A DNA stretch of 62,029 nucleotides, the filler included. It is 9 parts of 9 records of this genome, joined end to end, with 100 filler letters (N's around TTAATTAATTAA, not from the genome) between each part and the next. Parts side by side here need not be neighbours in the genome. Positions count along the whole stretch, not along the records: positions 7,436 to 13,104 come from SRR31147125_329321; positions 13,205 to 21,147 come from SRR31147125_332854; positions 21,248 to 26,293 come from SRR31147125_335298; 6 more parts are not named here. One strand, given 5' to 3'. A program made the translations under genes and the position numbers. The notes under the pieces were generated by a model. The model searched no databases. It was not told the DNA's origin and saw nothing but the letters and a program-made list of their open reading frames with translations. Shown piece by piece: positions 10,770 through 21,248 of this stretch. Numbering within the stretch: the stretch's first letter is position 1; every line of letters begins with the position of its first letter.

Positions 10770-12254
10770 TCAGGCGGTCGTTGAGGTAACCTCCCGGCGT
10801 TTGGCTGGTTCACCGACAAATCGCCCTGCCCCCGACTTGTCGTGATTTTCATGGGCTTCCGCATAGGCCGCGAGACGTTCGGCAACCTCGGGCGCAGGCA
10901 GGCAGGTCGCGCGCGCGCTGAGGTCCGTGTGAAGCAGCAACGTCTCGACGGTTGCAGCCAGTGCGCCGTCTGCACGGAAAAGCCTGTGGTAGAGGTGCAT
11001 CTTCTTGCCCTCGCCTTTCAGCACCTGCGTCGTGGCCGTCAGCATGTCGCCCGCATGAACCTCATCAAGGTAGCGCACATGGCTCTCCACGGTGAAGTAA
11101 CTCAAGCCCCGCGCGATATAGGCCTCATCCGCACCGATCAGCTCCATGAAGCCGTCTGTCGCCTTTGAGCCCGCCTCAAGATAGAACGTCTCGTTCATGT
11201 GGCCGTTGTAGTCGGTCCATGATGGCGGAACCTGACGGTAAAGTGTAACCGGAAGTTCGTCGCGCTCGCCTTCAATTTGAAGCGACTTTTCATGCTCCGC
11301 GATGACATTGCCCGCCGCGGCCTTGTTGACGCGGAGCGCGCGCAGGATGCCAACGAGGTTGTCGTCGCGCTGGCGTTCCAGTTCGCGGATGGAATGGCGA
11401 CCCGACTGGGCGTCCGACTGGCCGGAGATCAACTCCACCAGCGCGTCATCGAACTCCGGCACGTCCATCAGCTTGGTCCACGGCCATTTCAGCGCTGGTC
11501 CGAACTGGGCAAGGAAGTGCTTCATGCCTGCTTCACCGCCCGCAATCCGGTAGGTCTCGAAGATGCCCATCTGGGCAAAGCGCAGCCCGAGCCCCATGCG
11601 GATCGCTTCGTCGATATCTTCGGTTGTGGCGATGCCATCCTTCACGAGCCACAGGCTCTCGCGCCAGATCGCCTCAAGCAGGCGATCGGCGATATGCGCG
11701 TCGATTTCCTTGGCCACGGTGAGCGGATGCATGCCGATGGAGCGCAGGATCGCGGCGGCGCGCTCGCAGGTCGCCTTCTCCCCCACGAGTTCCACCAGCG
11801 GCAGCAGGTAGACCGGGTTGAACGGGTGCGCGACGATCGCCTTCGTGCCGCGATCGTTCAGTTCCGACGGTTTGAAGCCTGAGGTGGAGGACCCGATGAT
11901 CGCCCCCGGCTTCGCGGCGTTCGCAATCGCCGCATGGATGACCTGTTTGAGGGGCAGGCGTTCCGGAACGCTCTCCTGCACCCATTGCGCATTCGCCACA
12001 GCGTCATCAAGCGTCTCGCAAAAGGTCAACTCGCCTTCCTTCGGCAAAGCCCGGTCATAGATCGCGGGCAGCGCGCGGCGGGCGTTGGCAAGAACTTCCC
12101 CGATCTGCCGACGGCTCTCCGGAGCCGGATCGAATATCCGCACATCCCAACCGTTCAGCAGGAACCGGGCCGCCCAGCCGCCGCCGATCACGCCACCGCC
12201 AACAATGGCCGCGATACCTCTCTCGGGACATTCGGGCATTGCGACAACCATCAA
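10770..12254 (-). CDS. lcdH: L-carnitine 3-dehydrogenase fused to a C-terminal thioesterase
   Basis: GGGVIGGGWAARF Rossmann fold, QESVPERL, HPFNPVYLLPLVE, YRIAGGEAGMKHFLAQFGP; C-terminal WTDYNGHMNE hot-dog thioesterase domain. Confidence 0.92.
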   Translation of the reverse strand: MMVVAMPECPERGIAAIVGGGVIGGGWAARFLLNGWDVRIFDPAPESRRQIGEVLANARRALPAIYDRALPKEGELTFCETLDDAVANAQWVQESVPERLPLKQVIHAAIANAAKPGAIIGSSTSGFKPSELNDRGTKAIVAHPFNPVYLLPLVELVGEKATCERAAAILRSIGMHPLTVAKEIDAHIADRLLEAIWRESLWLVKDGIATTEDIDEAIRMGLGLRFAQMGIFETYRIAGGEAGMKHFLAQFGPALKWPWTKLMDVPEFDDALVELISGQSDAQSGRHSIRELERQRDDNLVGILRALRVNKAAAGNVIAEHEKSLQIEGERDELPVTLYRQVPPSWTDYNGHMNETFYLEAGSKATDGFMELIGADEAYIARGLSYFTVESHVRYLDEVHAGDMLTATTQVLKGEGKKMHLYHRLFRADGALAATVETLLLHTDLSARATCLPAPEVAERLAAYAEAHENHDKSGAGRFVGEPAKRREVTSTTA

Positions 12255-13104
12255 CCAGCGCTCCCCGGTGCGCGTTTCACGAGACCGAGCTTTTCGCGAA
12301 CCTCTTCAGGCCCGATGATCCGGCACCCCATGTTCTCCGCAATCGTGACGGCGCTCTCCACCAATTGCGCGTTCGTTGCGAGCACGCCCTTCTTCAGGTG
12401 GAGATTGTCCTCAAGCCCGACCCGGACGTTGCCGCCCGCAAGAATTGCGGCGGCGACATAGGGCATCTGGTCGCGACCGAGCGAGAAGGCAGACCAGTGC
12501 CAGTCCTGCGGCACGTTGTTGACCATCGCCATGAAGGTGTTGAGATCGTTCGGAGCGCCCAGGGAACGCCCATGCAAAGCTGGACGAGAGCCTGTTCCTT
12601 CAGCGTGCCCTCTTTCACCAATTCCTTGGCGAACCACAGATGGCCGGTGTCGAACGCCTCGATCTCCGGTTTCACGCCGAGCTTCGTCATCATCCCGCCC
12701 ATGGCGCGCAACATGCCCGGAGTATTGACCATCACGTAGTCGGCCTCCGCGAAATTCATCGAGCCGCAGTCGAGCGTGGCGATTTCAGGCAAGCATTCGG
12801 CGATATGAACCATGCGCTCGGTGGCTCCGACCATGTCGGTGCCCGCGTCGCTGACGGGGAACGGCATTTCAGCCGGGCCGAATGTGATATCGCCGCCCAT
12901 GCCCGCGGTCAGGTTGAGGACGACGTCGATCTCCGCATCGCGGATTCGGTCGGTCACTTCGCGGTAGAGGGCGGGAAGCCGGGCGGGCGCCCCGGTTTCC
13001 GGATCGCGCACGTGGCAATGGACGATGGCAGCCCCGGCCTTTGCCGCGTCGATCGCGCTGTCGGCAATTTCCCTGGGGCTGCGCGGGACATGGGGGGAAC
13101 GGTC
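12251..13104 (-). CDS. 3-keto-5-aminohexanoate cleavage-family enzyme (BKACE/DUF849), likely dehydrocarnitine cleavage; 5' truncated, frameshift near 12558
   Basis: HCHVRDPETG, TLDCGSMNF, PEIEAFDTG and NVRVGLEDN across two frames; one G missing in TGG GGC GCT. Confidence 0.9.
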
Positions 13105-13204
13105 NNNNNNNNNNNNNNNNNNNNNNNNNNNNNNNNNNNNNNNNNNNNTTAATTAATTAANNNNNNNNNNNNNNNNNNNNNNNNNNNNNNNNNNNNNNNN
13201 NNNN
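13105..13204. other. Artificial contig linker
   Basis: N44-TTAATTAATTAA-N44. Confidence 0.99.
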
Positions 13205-13259
13205 ATGGATGGATGGATGGACGGACGGACGGATCACTCACTCACAATAATCCTCTCAG

Positions 13260-14479
13260 CAACGTTTACCCATATGGCCATTGTAGAGTTGATGAAACGA
13301 AGGCTTGTGAAACATCTTGTCAGGTTCTTGATTGCTCTGGCTCTGGCACCATCCAAATTCTTCCCTGAGCGTCGTTCTCTAGTCAGAACGTCGATGGTCT
13401 TCACGTGAGGAGTGGGGTCCCGTTTGATAAGATCTCGGAGTTGCATGGGAATCGATACATTGAGAACTGTCCAAAGGTTTGTGTGTGTGTGGTGGGGTGA
13501 ATTGTATTGTGAGGTCATAAGACATTCAGTGTGGAAGAGTCTACCTCCGTGGATTCTGTACGTGTCGCAGGGGCAATGCTGTGCACGATCACAGGACGGG
13601 ACGTACCTGTGACACATGTCACACGGAATTATGTTGGGTGCATCCAACGCAGCAGGAGAGTTTCTGATTCGTTTGTGGCGTGGGGCCAGTGGACTCGATC
13701 ATCAACTTCCAAGAGAATCTTCCCGAAAAAGCACTCAAAGACGGATGGGCACATTCAGAGAAGGTAGGAAGGTTGCCACTGTAATCCTATGATCGATCGT
13801 ATGTGAATTCTTATCAGGCTGATCTGGCTCTCGTCTTGGGAACATCACTTCGCGTGTCCCCCGCATGTCAGCTCCCCTTACAAGCCGAGAAGCTCATCAT
13901 TTGTAACCTTCAACACACTCCTGCTGATGCTAGGGCGGACACGAGGGTGTATGCGAGCACGGATGACTTAATGAAACATGTGATGGATCAATTGGGTACG
14001 AAGGCGCACGGGAGTGGGGACGTCACGAGCTGAACGCTCTGCTCTGTCCGCAGAAATCGACGTCCCCCCGTTCCGAGTCTGCCACCGAATTCACGTTCGC
14101 GCCTCAGAAGACGAGAAGCGTTGGACAATACACGTATCGGACGAGGACGGACATAGTCTGGACTATGCAGAATCCATTCGCATCCGGACGAAAGATCACA
14201 AGAGTGAATGGAAGGCAGATGCACGAGGAAATGCGTCCTCGGTGTGTTGGATCATGTGTGTATGTCCAGGGGATGAATCTTGACGACGGTGTACAGACAT
14301 CGCCTCTGCCACTTCCCGCACAGGTGGAAGTGTTTGTGACCCTGACAAATGGATTCTACGATGAACCGCCCATTGTTCTCCCCCATACGATCACGCATCC
14401 TCTTCCTACATCGTCGACCTATGAAGCGACCTATGATCCACGCGAAAGGCGTGCATGGCATGTGGTGATGATGCCTTGA
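13260..14479 (+). CDS. Eukaryotic class IV sirtuin (SIRT6/SIRT7-like), spliced, 5' truncated
   Basis: Removing GT-AG introns 13324-13382, 13477-13529, 13633-13689, 13764-13817 and 13996-14053 gives [68 protein letters not shown]; a last intron ends at 14269. Confidence 0.9.
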
Positions 14480-14486
14480 ATACAAA

Positions 14487-15353
14487 TTACATTCGATTGG
14501 GTCCACCCCACGTTGTGTCGTCGTCTCGTTTCAATCTCTTTCGAAGAAGAATGCGTTCTTGACCCAGGTGATCTCGTTTCAACACATGCACAGCCCAATC
14601 CAATGCTTCTCGTACACCCTATTGGTGGGTGAAGGAGTGACTTGTCGTGCTACACAATAAGGATCAGTCCACACGTACTGTCTGTGTCTGACCACTCGTG
14701 GCTTGGACGTTAACACGTCGATCTACCGCGAGTTCATCCAAATAGAAAACTTCACGGATCTCTTCAGGCTCCACGAATCCCATAACGTCGCCCTTGTTGG
14801 CACAGAGACACACAGGCGCATACATCAACTCTGTCGCGGTCATTAGCTTCTTTAACGATCCCAAGGCTTCATCAAATCGTTGCCTCTCCGATGCTATGCG
14901 TTGTATCTTCAATAGAACTGAAGACATAAACGATCATCCACTCCGTACCGTCCACTACAAAGAAGATCACGTCAGCGTCTCGATAGTAATGCCGCCAACT
15001 TCTTCGAAACTTTCGTTGTCCACCCAAATCCCACAAGGTCCACTTAATCCCACGATATGTGAACTTGAATCGCGTGTGAGGGAACGAAGGACGGGGCTGG
15101 GAAGCCTGCACACCCTACCTTTGCGTAGTTCTGACCCACTGTAGGCAACACGGGTTCCTGAATGGCCGCCTCGAGACCGAACATACGTCGTGCCACATTA
15201 AGGAGGGTTGTCTTGCTGTGGGGGAGCAATTCACACCTCTCCACGCCTGTCCCACACCCCTCCCTACCCTGCGTTATCAAGACCCAACAAGAGAATGTTC
15301 CGTTCGGGCCGTGTGATAGCCCACCGTACGACGTATTGTACGAGAGAGTACAT
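14487..15353 (-). CDS. ARFRP1: ARF-related protein 1 (ARFRP1/yeast Arl3-like GTPase), spliced
   Basis: Introns 15216-15267, 15064-15118, 14894-14948 and 14619-14678 restore MYSL..GLDNAGKTT..PTVGQN..WDLGGQ..ANKGD; the Met-Tyr start (no Gly2) and PTVGQN fit the ARFRP1/Arl3 subfamily. Confidence 0.82.
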
Positions 15354-15389
15354 GCAGCCAAGGCAGCCAAGGCAGCCAAGGCAGCCAAG
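15354..15389. repeat. Tandem repeat (GCAGCCAAG)x4
   Basis: Four exact 9-mers directly upstream of the ARFRP1 ATG. Confidence 0.9.
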
Positions 15390-15575
15390 AGGAGAGAAGG
15401 GAATGATTGTCTCTGGATCTTAACGAGAGTTCAGGATCATCCTTATGAGAACAGGAGAACCACGTGTAGCAAGCTCTTAAGGAGATCCCCAAAGCATGGA
15501 GGACGTTCCAACGACGGGCAGGGCAGATCACAAACATTCCAAAGAAACAACCGCTCTCTTCATTCCTCAGGGGCC

Positions 15576-15805
15576 ATGGGCGAGTCGCAGATGCTTGTGG
15601 TTGTGGGCGTCCTTCTAGTGGTTGCGGCTCTGCTAGGTTTGATTCCGTTCAGTGGGGTGGCGTGTGACTCTCTCTCTCTCTCTCTCTCTCAGGGGCTGTG
15701 GTGCTGTATGGCTACTTCAACCCACGCATACGCCAAGCTCTCCGTGCACGCAAGTCCAAGAAGACGCGCACGCGCTATGGAGCGGCCGCCAAAGTGAAGA
15801 AGTAG
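15576..15805 (+). CDS. Small single-pass membrane protein with basic tail, spliced
   Basis: One 56-nt GT-AG intron (15637-15692) gives MGESQMLVVVGVLLVVAALLGAVVLYGYFNPRIRQALRARKSKKTRTRYGAAAKVKK*. Confidence 0.6.
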
Positions 15806-15849
15806 TTGTGTGCATATGGGTGGGTGGGGATGACCGTACAGCACATCTC

Positions 15850-16929
15850 CTAGCCTTCACCGGCCTCGTCTTCCCTCCCACGCTTCCTGGAGAGGGCGTC
15901 CTCCTATGTGCATCGATGTGTGTGGGGGGGTGGGGGTGGGGGTGGGGGTGGGCCTTCCTACCTGCGACTGTTTCATCTGTTGGTAGTTGGCGACGTTGGC
16001 GGGCCCTTGGTATCCTGGGGGAGCAATGCCTTCCACGCATTCGTAAGCGAGGTTCCTCCCTCTTCTCCCACGTACGTTGGATCTGAGGAGTATACACCAC
16101 ACCACTGGCGTTGAATCCCGCCCTGCTCTCCCACCCGCATCGTCAACCTCTTGGACCTTCCTTCTCTCACGGGAACGCACCGCGGACGATCCCGTTCGAT
16201 ACGTTCGAGTTCTTTTTGTCGCTGTTTCCCGTATCCACCCCGGCCGGGATCAAAGTCTGTTCTGTACTCATCACGCACCTCCATGGAGTCGTGAATGGGG
16301 GGAACGACCTCCCCTTCTCTCCCCACCTACCTGTCCTCCACTCCGTCCTCGACCATACTGACGTCCCTCACGGAACCCCGCGTCCCAATCGGTACGAATC
16401 ATACGGTCGTCGAGACGTGTTCCGTTGATGTACCTGGAAGAAGAACCATTGTGAACTGTCTCATCTCGTCCTAGGAGAATAACATACTTGATGGCCGCTT
16501 CTGCGTCTTGGCGTGCATAATACCTTTCCGCCACCAAGTGGGCTGGTTGTTCTATTTCCACACACACACCCAACGTACTCAACAAAACAAAAGCCACATG
16601 GTGTGCGGAGCTCACGGTTCAGTCCCATTATAATTCTCTTCACCTTTGGGCGAGGGTTGGTTGTGTCGGACGGCACCCCACCACCACACCCCACCACACC
16701 TCTCCTGTCTTACTAAACAGCTCATAGATTTGCTCTTCTGTCGTATAGAAGGATAAATTCCCTACGTACAAGGTTGTGGACTGCACCAGGTCCTACATAC
16801 CCAACGATGACTTGTGTCCGCATCGTGCCGTCCCCATCCTACCTTTTGCATTTGACTGGGAGACCCCTGATAGTGTTGGTCGCGATACAGAGACATGACG
16901 CCCGCCCCATCGCGATAGAGACTGGCCAT
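15850..16929 (-). CDS. NCBP2: Nuclear cap-binding protein subunit 2 (CBP20), spliced
   Basis: Introns 16793-16842, 16644-16699, 16524-16578, 16434-16487 and 16279-16330 give [79 protein letters not shown]; 3' exons and stop less certain. Confidence 0.93.
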
Positions 16930-16992
16930 CCCTCAACCCAACGAGTAGGAAATGACTTTTGCGGGAAGTCATTTCTCTTCGTCGTTCTCTTC

Positions 16993-17251
16993 ATGCTGGC
17001 GGTACGCGTGGAACGTACTGTGAGCACTACAGAGGCGGCGGATCGGATCAAGGAGTTTCTCCACAGTTCTACAGTTCGTTCTGTGAACAAGGACATCACA
17101 TCGTACGTGTGGGGTGGGAAGGAACGATCTTTCTCACACCATCCGTTGTAGACAACTCAAACAAGTCCTGACGTCCTTGTGTGAGACACCTACGCGACCT
17201 CCAACAGCAGCAACAACAACAGAAACAACAGAAACAACACATCAACAATAG
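16993..17251 (+). CDS. Small spliced hypothetical protein (weak resemblance to RNA polymerase I subunit A14)
   Basis: 49-nt GT-AG intron 17103-17151 gives MLAVRVERTVSTTEAADRIKEFLHSSTVRSVNKDITSQLKQVLTSLCETPTRPP...*. Confidence 0.5.
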
Positions 17252-17303
17252 ATGCACACACGACGTGACCTTCTCATTCATCGTCTCCGTGCTGCTGTAA
17301 CAC

Positions 17304-18650
17304 ATGTTCATCGTCGTATGGCGGGGTGTGGGGGTGCACATTGGGGAATCTTTGATCTTGGACCTGTGCCCATGGAACGCCAACGGGGTCCTACGTGCGT
17401 GCACACGTGACGGAGGGTTGCTTTACCAACTCTCTTGGGGTAGATGTGGCCTAAACGCCTTGGAGGCACTTCTTCGTGTTCTGGAGACGTCCCACGAGCG
17501 TCCACGCTGGGATAAGATTACGTTCCGCACAATCGATCAAGGAGTCATCTCTCTTGAGGCGGTATCCTCTCCTCCCCAGCCGTCGTCCCATACCATCCGA
17601 TTACAAAAGCGAAAAGACCTCCTCACACACGCGATCGCCCGAGGTTGGTGTTGTGGATCCTCGGGGTGACGGACACATGAGATATCGATCGATCAGGATA
17701 CTCACGTGAAGGTGAAATCTTTAATGCTGCTCATCTGGCAGCTCTGGCACGGGAGACGTATGGGTATTCGGCTGAAGCCGTGCGGATGGACTCAGTGATC
17801 TCGTTGTTGTGCGAAGTGGCTGCTGGTCGACCCGTTCTTGTTCCGTATCACACCCATCCATGATCATTCTGCTCGTGTATCCACTTGACGTACCCTATCA
17901 GATACGATGCCGACAAGAACCATGAGCCATGCCATCGCAACGGTAAGGGATTGACTCCTCTCATCTGTTTGAGAACACATCCCACTTTAGGGACAAGGGC
18001 TCACTGGGCGCTTGTAACCGGATTTGCCCTTCCCCTCCCTGATGTGGAGGTGGACGGAATCGTCTTCCTGCCGTCCACATTTGCACCACGCGAACCGAGG
18101 ACATGTAACGAAACAGATATCTATGTCATTGCTACGCAAAGCAAGACCCTTCTGGAGAGCGTGTGGTCGTGGAAGGACTTGCAATCCTCCAATCAAAATC
18201 TGTGGGCTCCCGATGCAGAGGAAATCCTACGACGTCAGTGGATTGTGCCCCCAACACTCGACGGTCTCCGCGGGTGGATGGTGCTTGTCAACAACAACGA
18301 CAACAACAACAATAACAATAACAACTCAGAGGCTATTTTCGAAGGCGTGACAACTGACGGTCTCTTGGTTGTCGCGAAGGTGCCACCGATCTTCTTCAGC
18401 CCTCGGATCACGCAAAGCGGGAAGGATCTCGCGAAAGGTGAAACGGAGCTGTCGGAGCAACTCGCTTCCGTCCAACAGGCCAAAAGACTTGCCCCCTGTC
18501 TCCCTTGAAAGATCCCAGTGGATGCAAACGACAAGCAGGCTTCGCTTGTTGCGAAGAACGGACATGGCAGAACGAACAATTTGCATGGCTGACGGGGTGG
18601 ATCCGGGCGTCGCCGTCAGGACAACCGCATCGGCCGTGATGGGAGGGTGA
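17304..18650 (+). CDS. Multi-exon hypothetical eukaryotic protein (boundaries approximate)
   Basis: Successive same-strand ORFs (17304-17669, 17885-18508 with a poly-Asn tract); no recognised motif; exon structure unresolved. Confidence 0.35.
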
Positions 18651-18719
18651 GTGTCCATAGACGCTGTGGGGACGTTCCTTGTAAGAATTCTTGCCGGTAT
18701 TCATGGAGCGTGTCACGCA

Positions 18720-20950
18720 CTTAACACACTGATGGTTGCCCGCTCGGCTGTATTCGCGGCATAGGTCCTCTGACGTGCTCGAATGTAGTTAATCTCGTTA
18801 ATGAGGAGTCCTACCTCTGGTCTGGGGTCGACAACGGCTACGCGAACGTCTGGAATGGAGCTGCCGAGCCAGTATCTGTTGTATCACATGGAATTAGCAG
18901 CCCTACGCACACCTCCACTCGATCACGCACAGAAACGAGGGGAAGGTTGCATTCCCTGCCACGACAATGGTTCGGAGTGTCGACGTGTCGTCCAAGGGAA
19001 TCCAGGGGACCAGTGTGGAGAGGGTATCGAATACGAACCCCTGAACTCATAAGAAACACATTCGCGCCCCACCCCACCCCTCACACACCTGCTCCCATGC
19101 GTGCGTCCAATATTCAAATGGATGGCGAACACCTTCACGTTCTGTAATCGAAACGGACAGTTGTTGATAGCGTGCCACAAACTCGGTGGCAAAGAGCAAG
19201 GCCTTCTCGTATAGGTGGGACTTCTTAAAACTGAAGAAGATGTAGCTCAATCCGCAAAGGAAGGAAGACACAAGACAGATAAGCCATACGTACGTTTCGA
19301 GCATTTGTGTTGTAGGAATCCCTGAGGAAAGCTTGCGGCTCTGCAGGGCAGCTTCAGGACAGTTCCCGAAATCTTGTGGAGCAGAGAGGGCCACTGGGGA
19401 GAAGAGGAGTTAGTCCCAAACGAAACACACGAGACCCTAGAAAAAGGACCAAACTCTTAAACAAGGCCCAGGCATCATCGATCTCCAGTTTGTGCAGAGC
19501 TTCGGCGGGACTGAGGTCGTCTTGGATCTCCTCCCCCATATCCTCTGTCTCGGGTTCCATCATCCATTCATTCGAAGAAAAGGAATCTGGTGGGGGACGA
19601 TGACGGGTGGCCGCCAGAACACGCGGTGCAGTTCCAATGAAATGAGGCATCTGGCTCACAGTAAGGAAAAGAGGGTGAGAGGAAAGGTTCAGGCTTTCGT
19701 ACCTGGAAGACATGACAAGAAAAGGTACGATGTACTGGAGGAGAAGGTTGAGAGGTAGAATTGAGCATTTGATGTCGGAGAGTCACTTTTTGGTTTGAGG
19801 ATGTGAGGAGATCCACCCTGTCGCGTCGTGAGCCGATATGGGAGACAGACAACAACAAGGTAGCACGGCACATACAAACTCGGGGTAAGATCTTCGTAGA
19901 GCAACTCCGCAAAATGACTGCGAAGCAACTCCAAGACGTCGCTTGTCTTGTTCAATCCCATTTGAGGACTGTATGCAACAGGTTCTAAGACGTGAACGAG
20001 AGTTCTGTTTCCATTGAACGCACCCGTCCATAAGATCTACTTCAAATGTCACGATGAAAAGACCCGTCCCTTGTCGAAGAATCCGATGCAACTCAAGTAA
20101 GAAGCGCGAATAGTCCTGGGTGAAAGGTGCGTTTCCCCTTCTGTTTCATCATGATTCCCACCATACTTTTTGTACAAACGAGAAGAAGGATGGGAGAAAG
20201 AGGGCATCCACAGATTGTTCCGGCAGAGCATCCAAACGATCAGCCTTCCTCATGGGCAAGAGGGAGACAGCCAAGGTGTTGAGTTTGGCAGGTGGGATCT
20301 CACGATTCACCTGTACGCGCGCGCGGAGGGGGGCAGGAGAATCCACAAACTATACCCGTCCGTACACAGGAGCATACCAGGCCAAACGCCATATCGAGAT
20401 TGCGCTCCATATCGGCGACAGTCACCCGAGTTTGAACGTGGGTATTGAGTTGACTTGTGAGATAGTACCTACAACACAAGAAGCGGTTGTTGGTACGTGC
20501 CATCCCTTGGGGTGCAGAGACGCACGGAAAGGAAGAGAACCCAACGTTTAGGCCTACAATTTCCATACTTCGTGTTTTCCGAATGCTTAACTCGGGAAGA
20601 AGTGCATTCAGCACATCCATCTTGAGAAACAGAGAGATGAGGGCAGACGGACCCCAATGACGATAGTCGCGCCGACGTACAATATAGGCAAACTCCCACG
20701 GTTTCGACCAGTGTTCCAGGGGTCGAGACAGCGGGGTGTGGAACAGAGTCTCAAAGGCAGCTCCGTATCGCTGGACGAATTCCTCGTCAAAGTCCATCAT
20801 ACCCTTGTTTAGATCACTCCCCAGAAAACTGAAGTACTCCTCGGTAGACGGAACACCCGAACGAAAGAGACGCTGTTCGTGTGCCCGTCGTGTTGTCGTG
20901 CCCAGATGGGGACGTACATTCGAAAGAATTTCTACTCTCCTCGTCGTCAA
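18720..20950 (-). CDS. Large multi-exon hypothetical eukaryotic protein(s) (boundaries approximate)
   Basis: Chain of minus-strand ORF segments (20300-20950, 20149-20346, 19689-19961, 19354-19713, 19047-19394) with short GT..AG interruptions; no recognised family. Confidence 0.4.
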
Positions 20951-21125
20951 TCCGATCCTTCGATCCCATCCCTACATACCCGCAAAGCGATACCACGAGC
21001 TCACAGGATACCGAAGCTGACGGAGAATGGTTTGTTCCAGTTTCCAATTCTCCAAGGCAAGGGTTCTGTGCCATTTCGACGCATGGGAATCCAACGACGC
21101 TGGAGCGGCTCCCGGTACGGCCCAA

Positions 21126-21147
21126 GGAGGAGGAGGAGGAGGAGGAG
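21126..21147. repeat. (GAG)n microsatellite at contig end
   Basis: Directly visible; the other end of this contig (13205-13233) is (ATGG)n/(ACGG)n. Confidence 0.85.
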
Positions 21148-21247
21148 NNNNNNNNNNNNNNNNNNNNNNNNNNNNNNNNNNNNNNNNNNNNTTAATTAAT
21201 TAANNNNNNNNNNNNNNNNNNNNNNNNNNNNNNNNNNNNNNNNNNNN
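21148..21247. other. Artificial contig linker
   Basis: N44-TTAATTAATTAA-N44. Confidence 0.99.
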
Positions 21248-21248
21248 C

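Noticed and set aside
10770-12254. Dehydrogenase-thioesterase fusion as a novelty
   Set aside because: Known architecture of alphaproteobacterial carnitine dehydrogenases.
13205-21147. Alternative genetic code in the eukaryotic contig
   Set aside because: In the resolved genes, in-frame stops fall inside GT-AG introns, and TGA, TAA and TAG all serve as terminal stops.
13205-21147. Eukaryote-to-bacterium horizontal transfer
   Set aside because: The segment is bounded by linkers on both sides, so there is no physical link to bacterial DNA.
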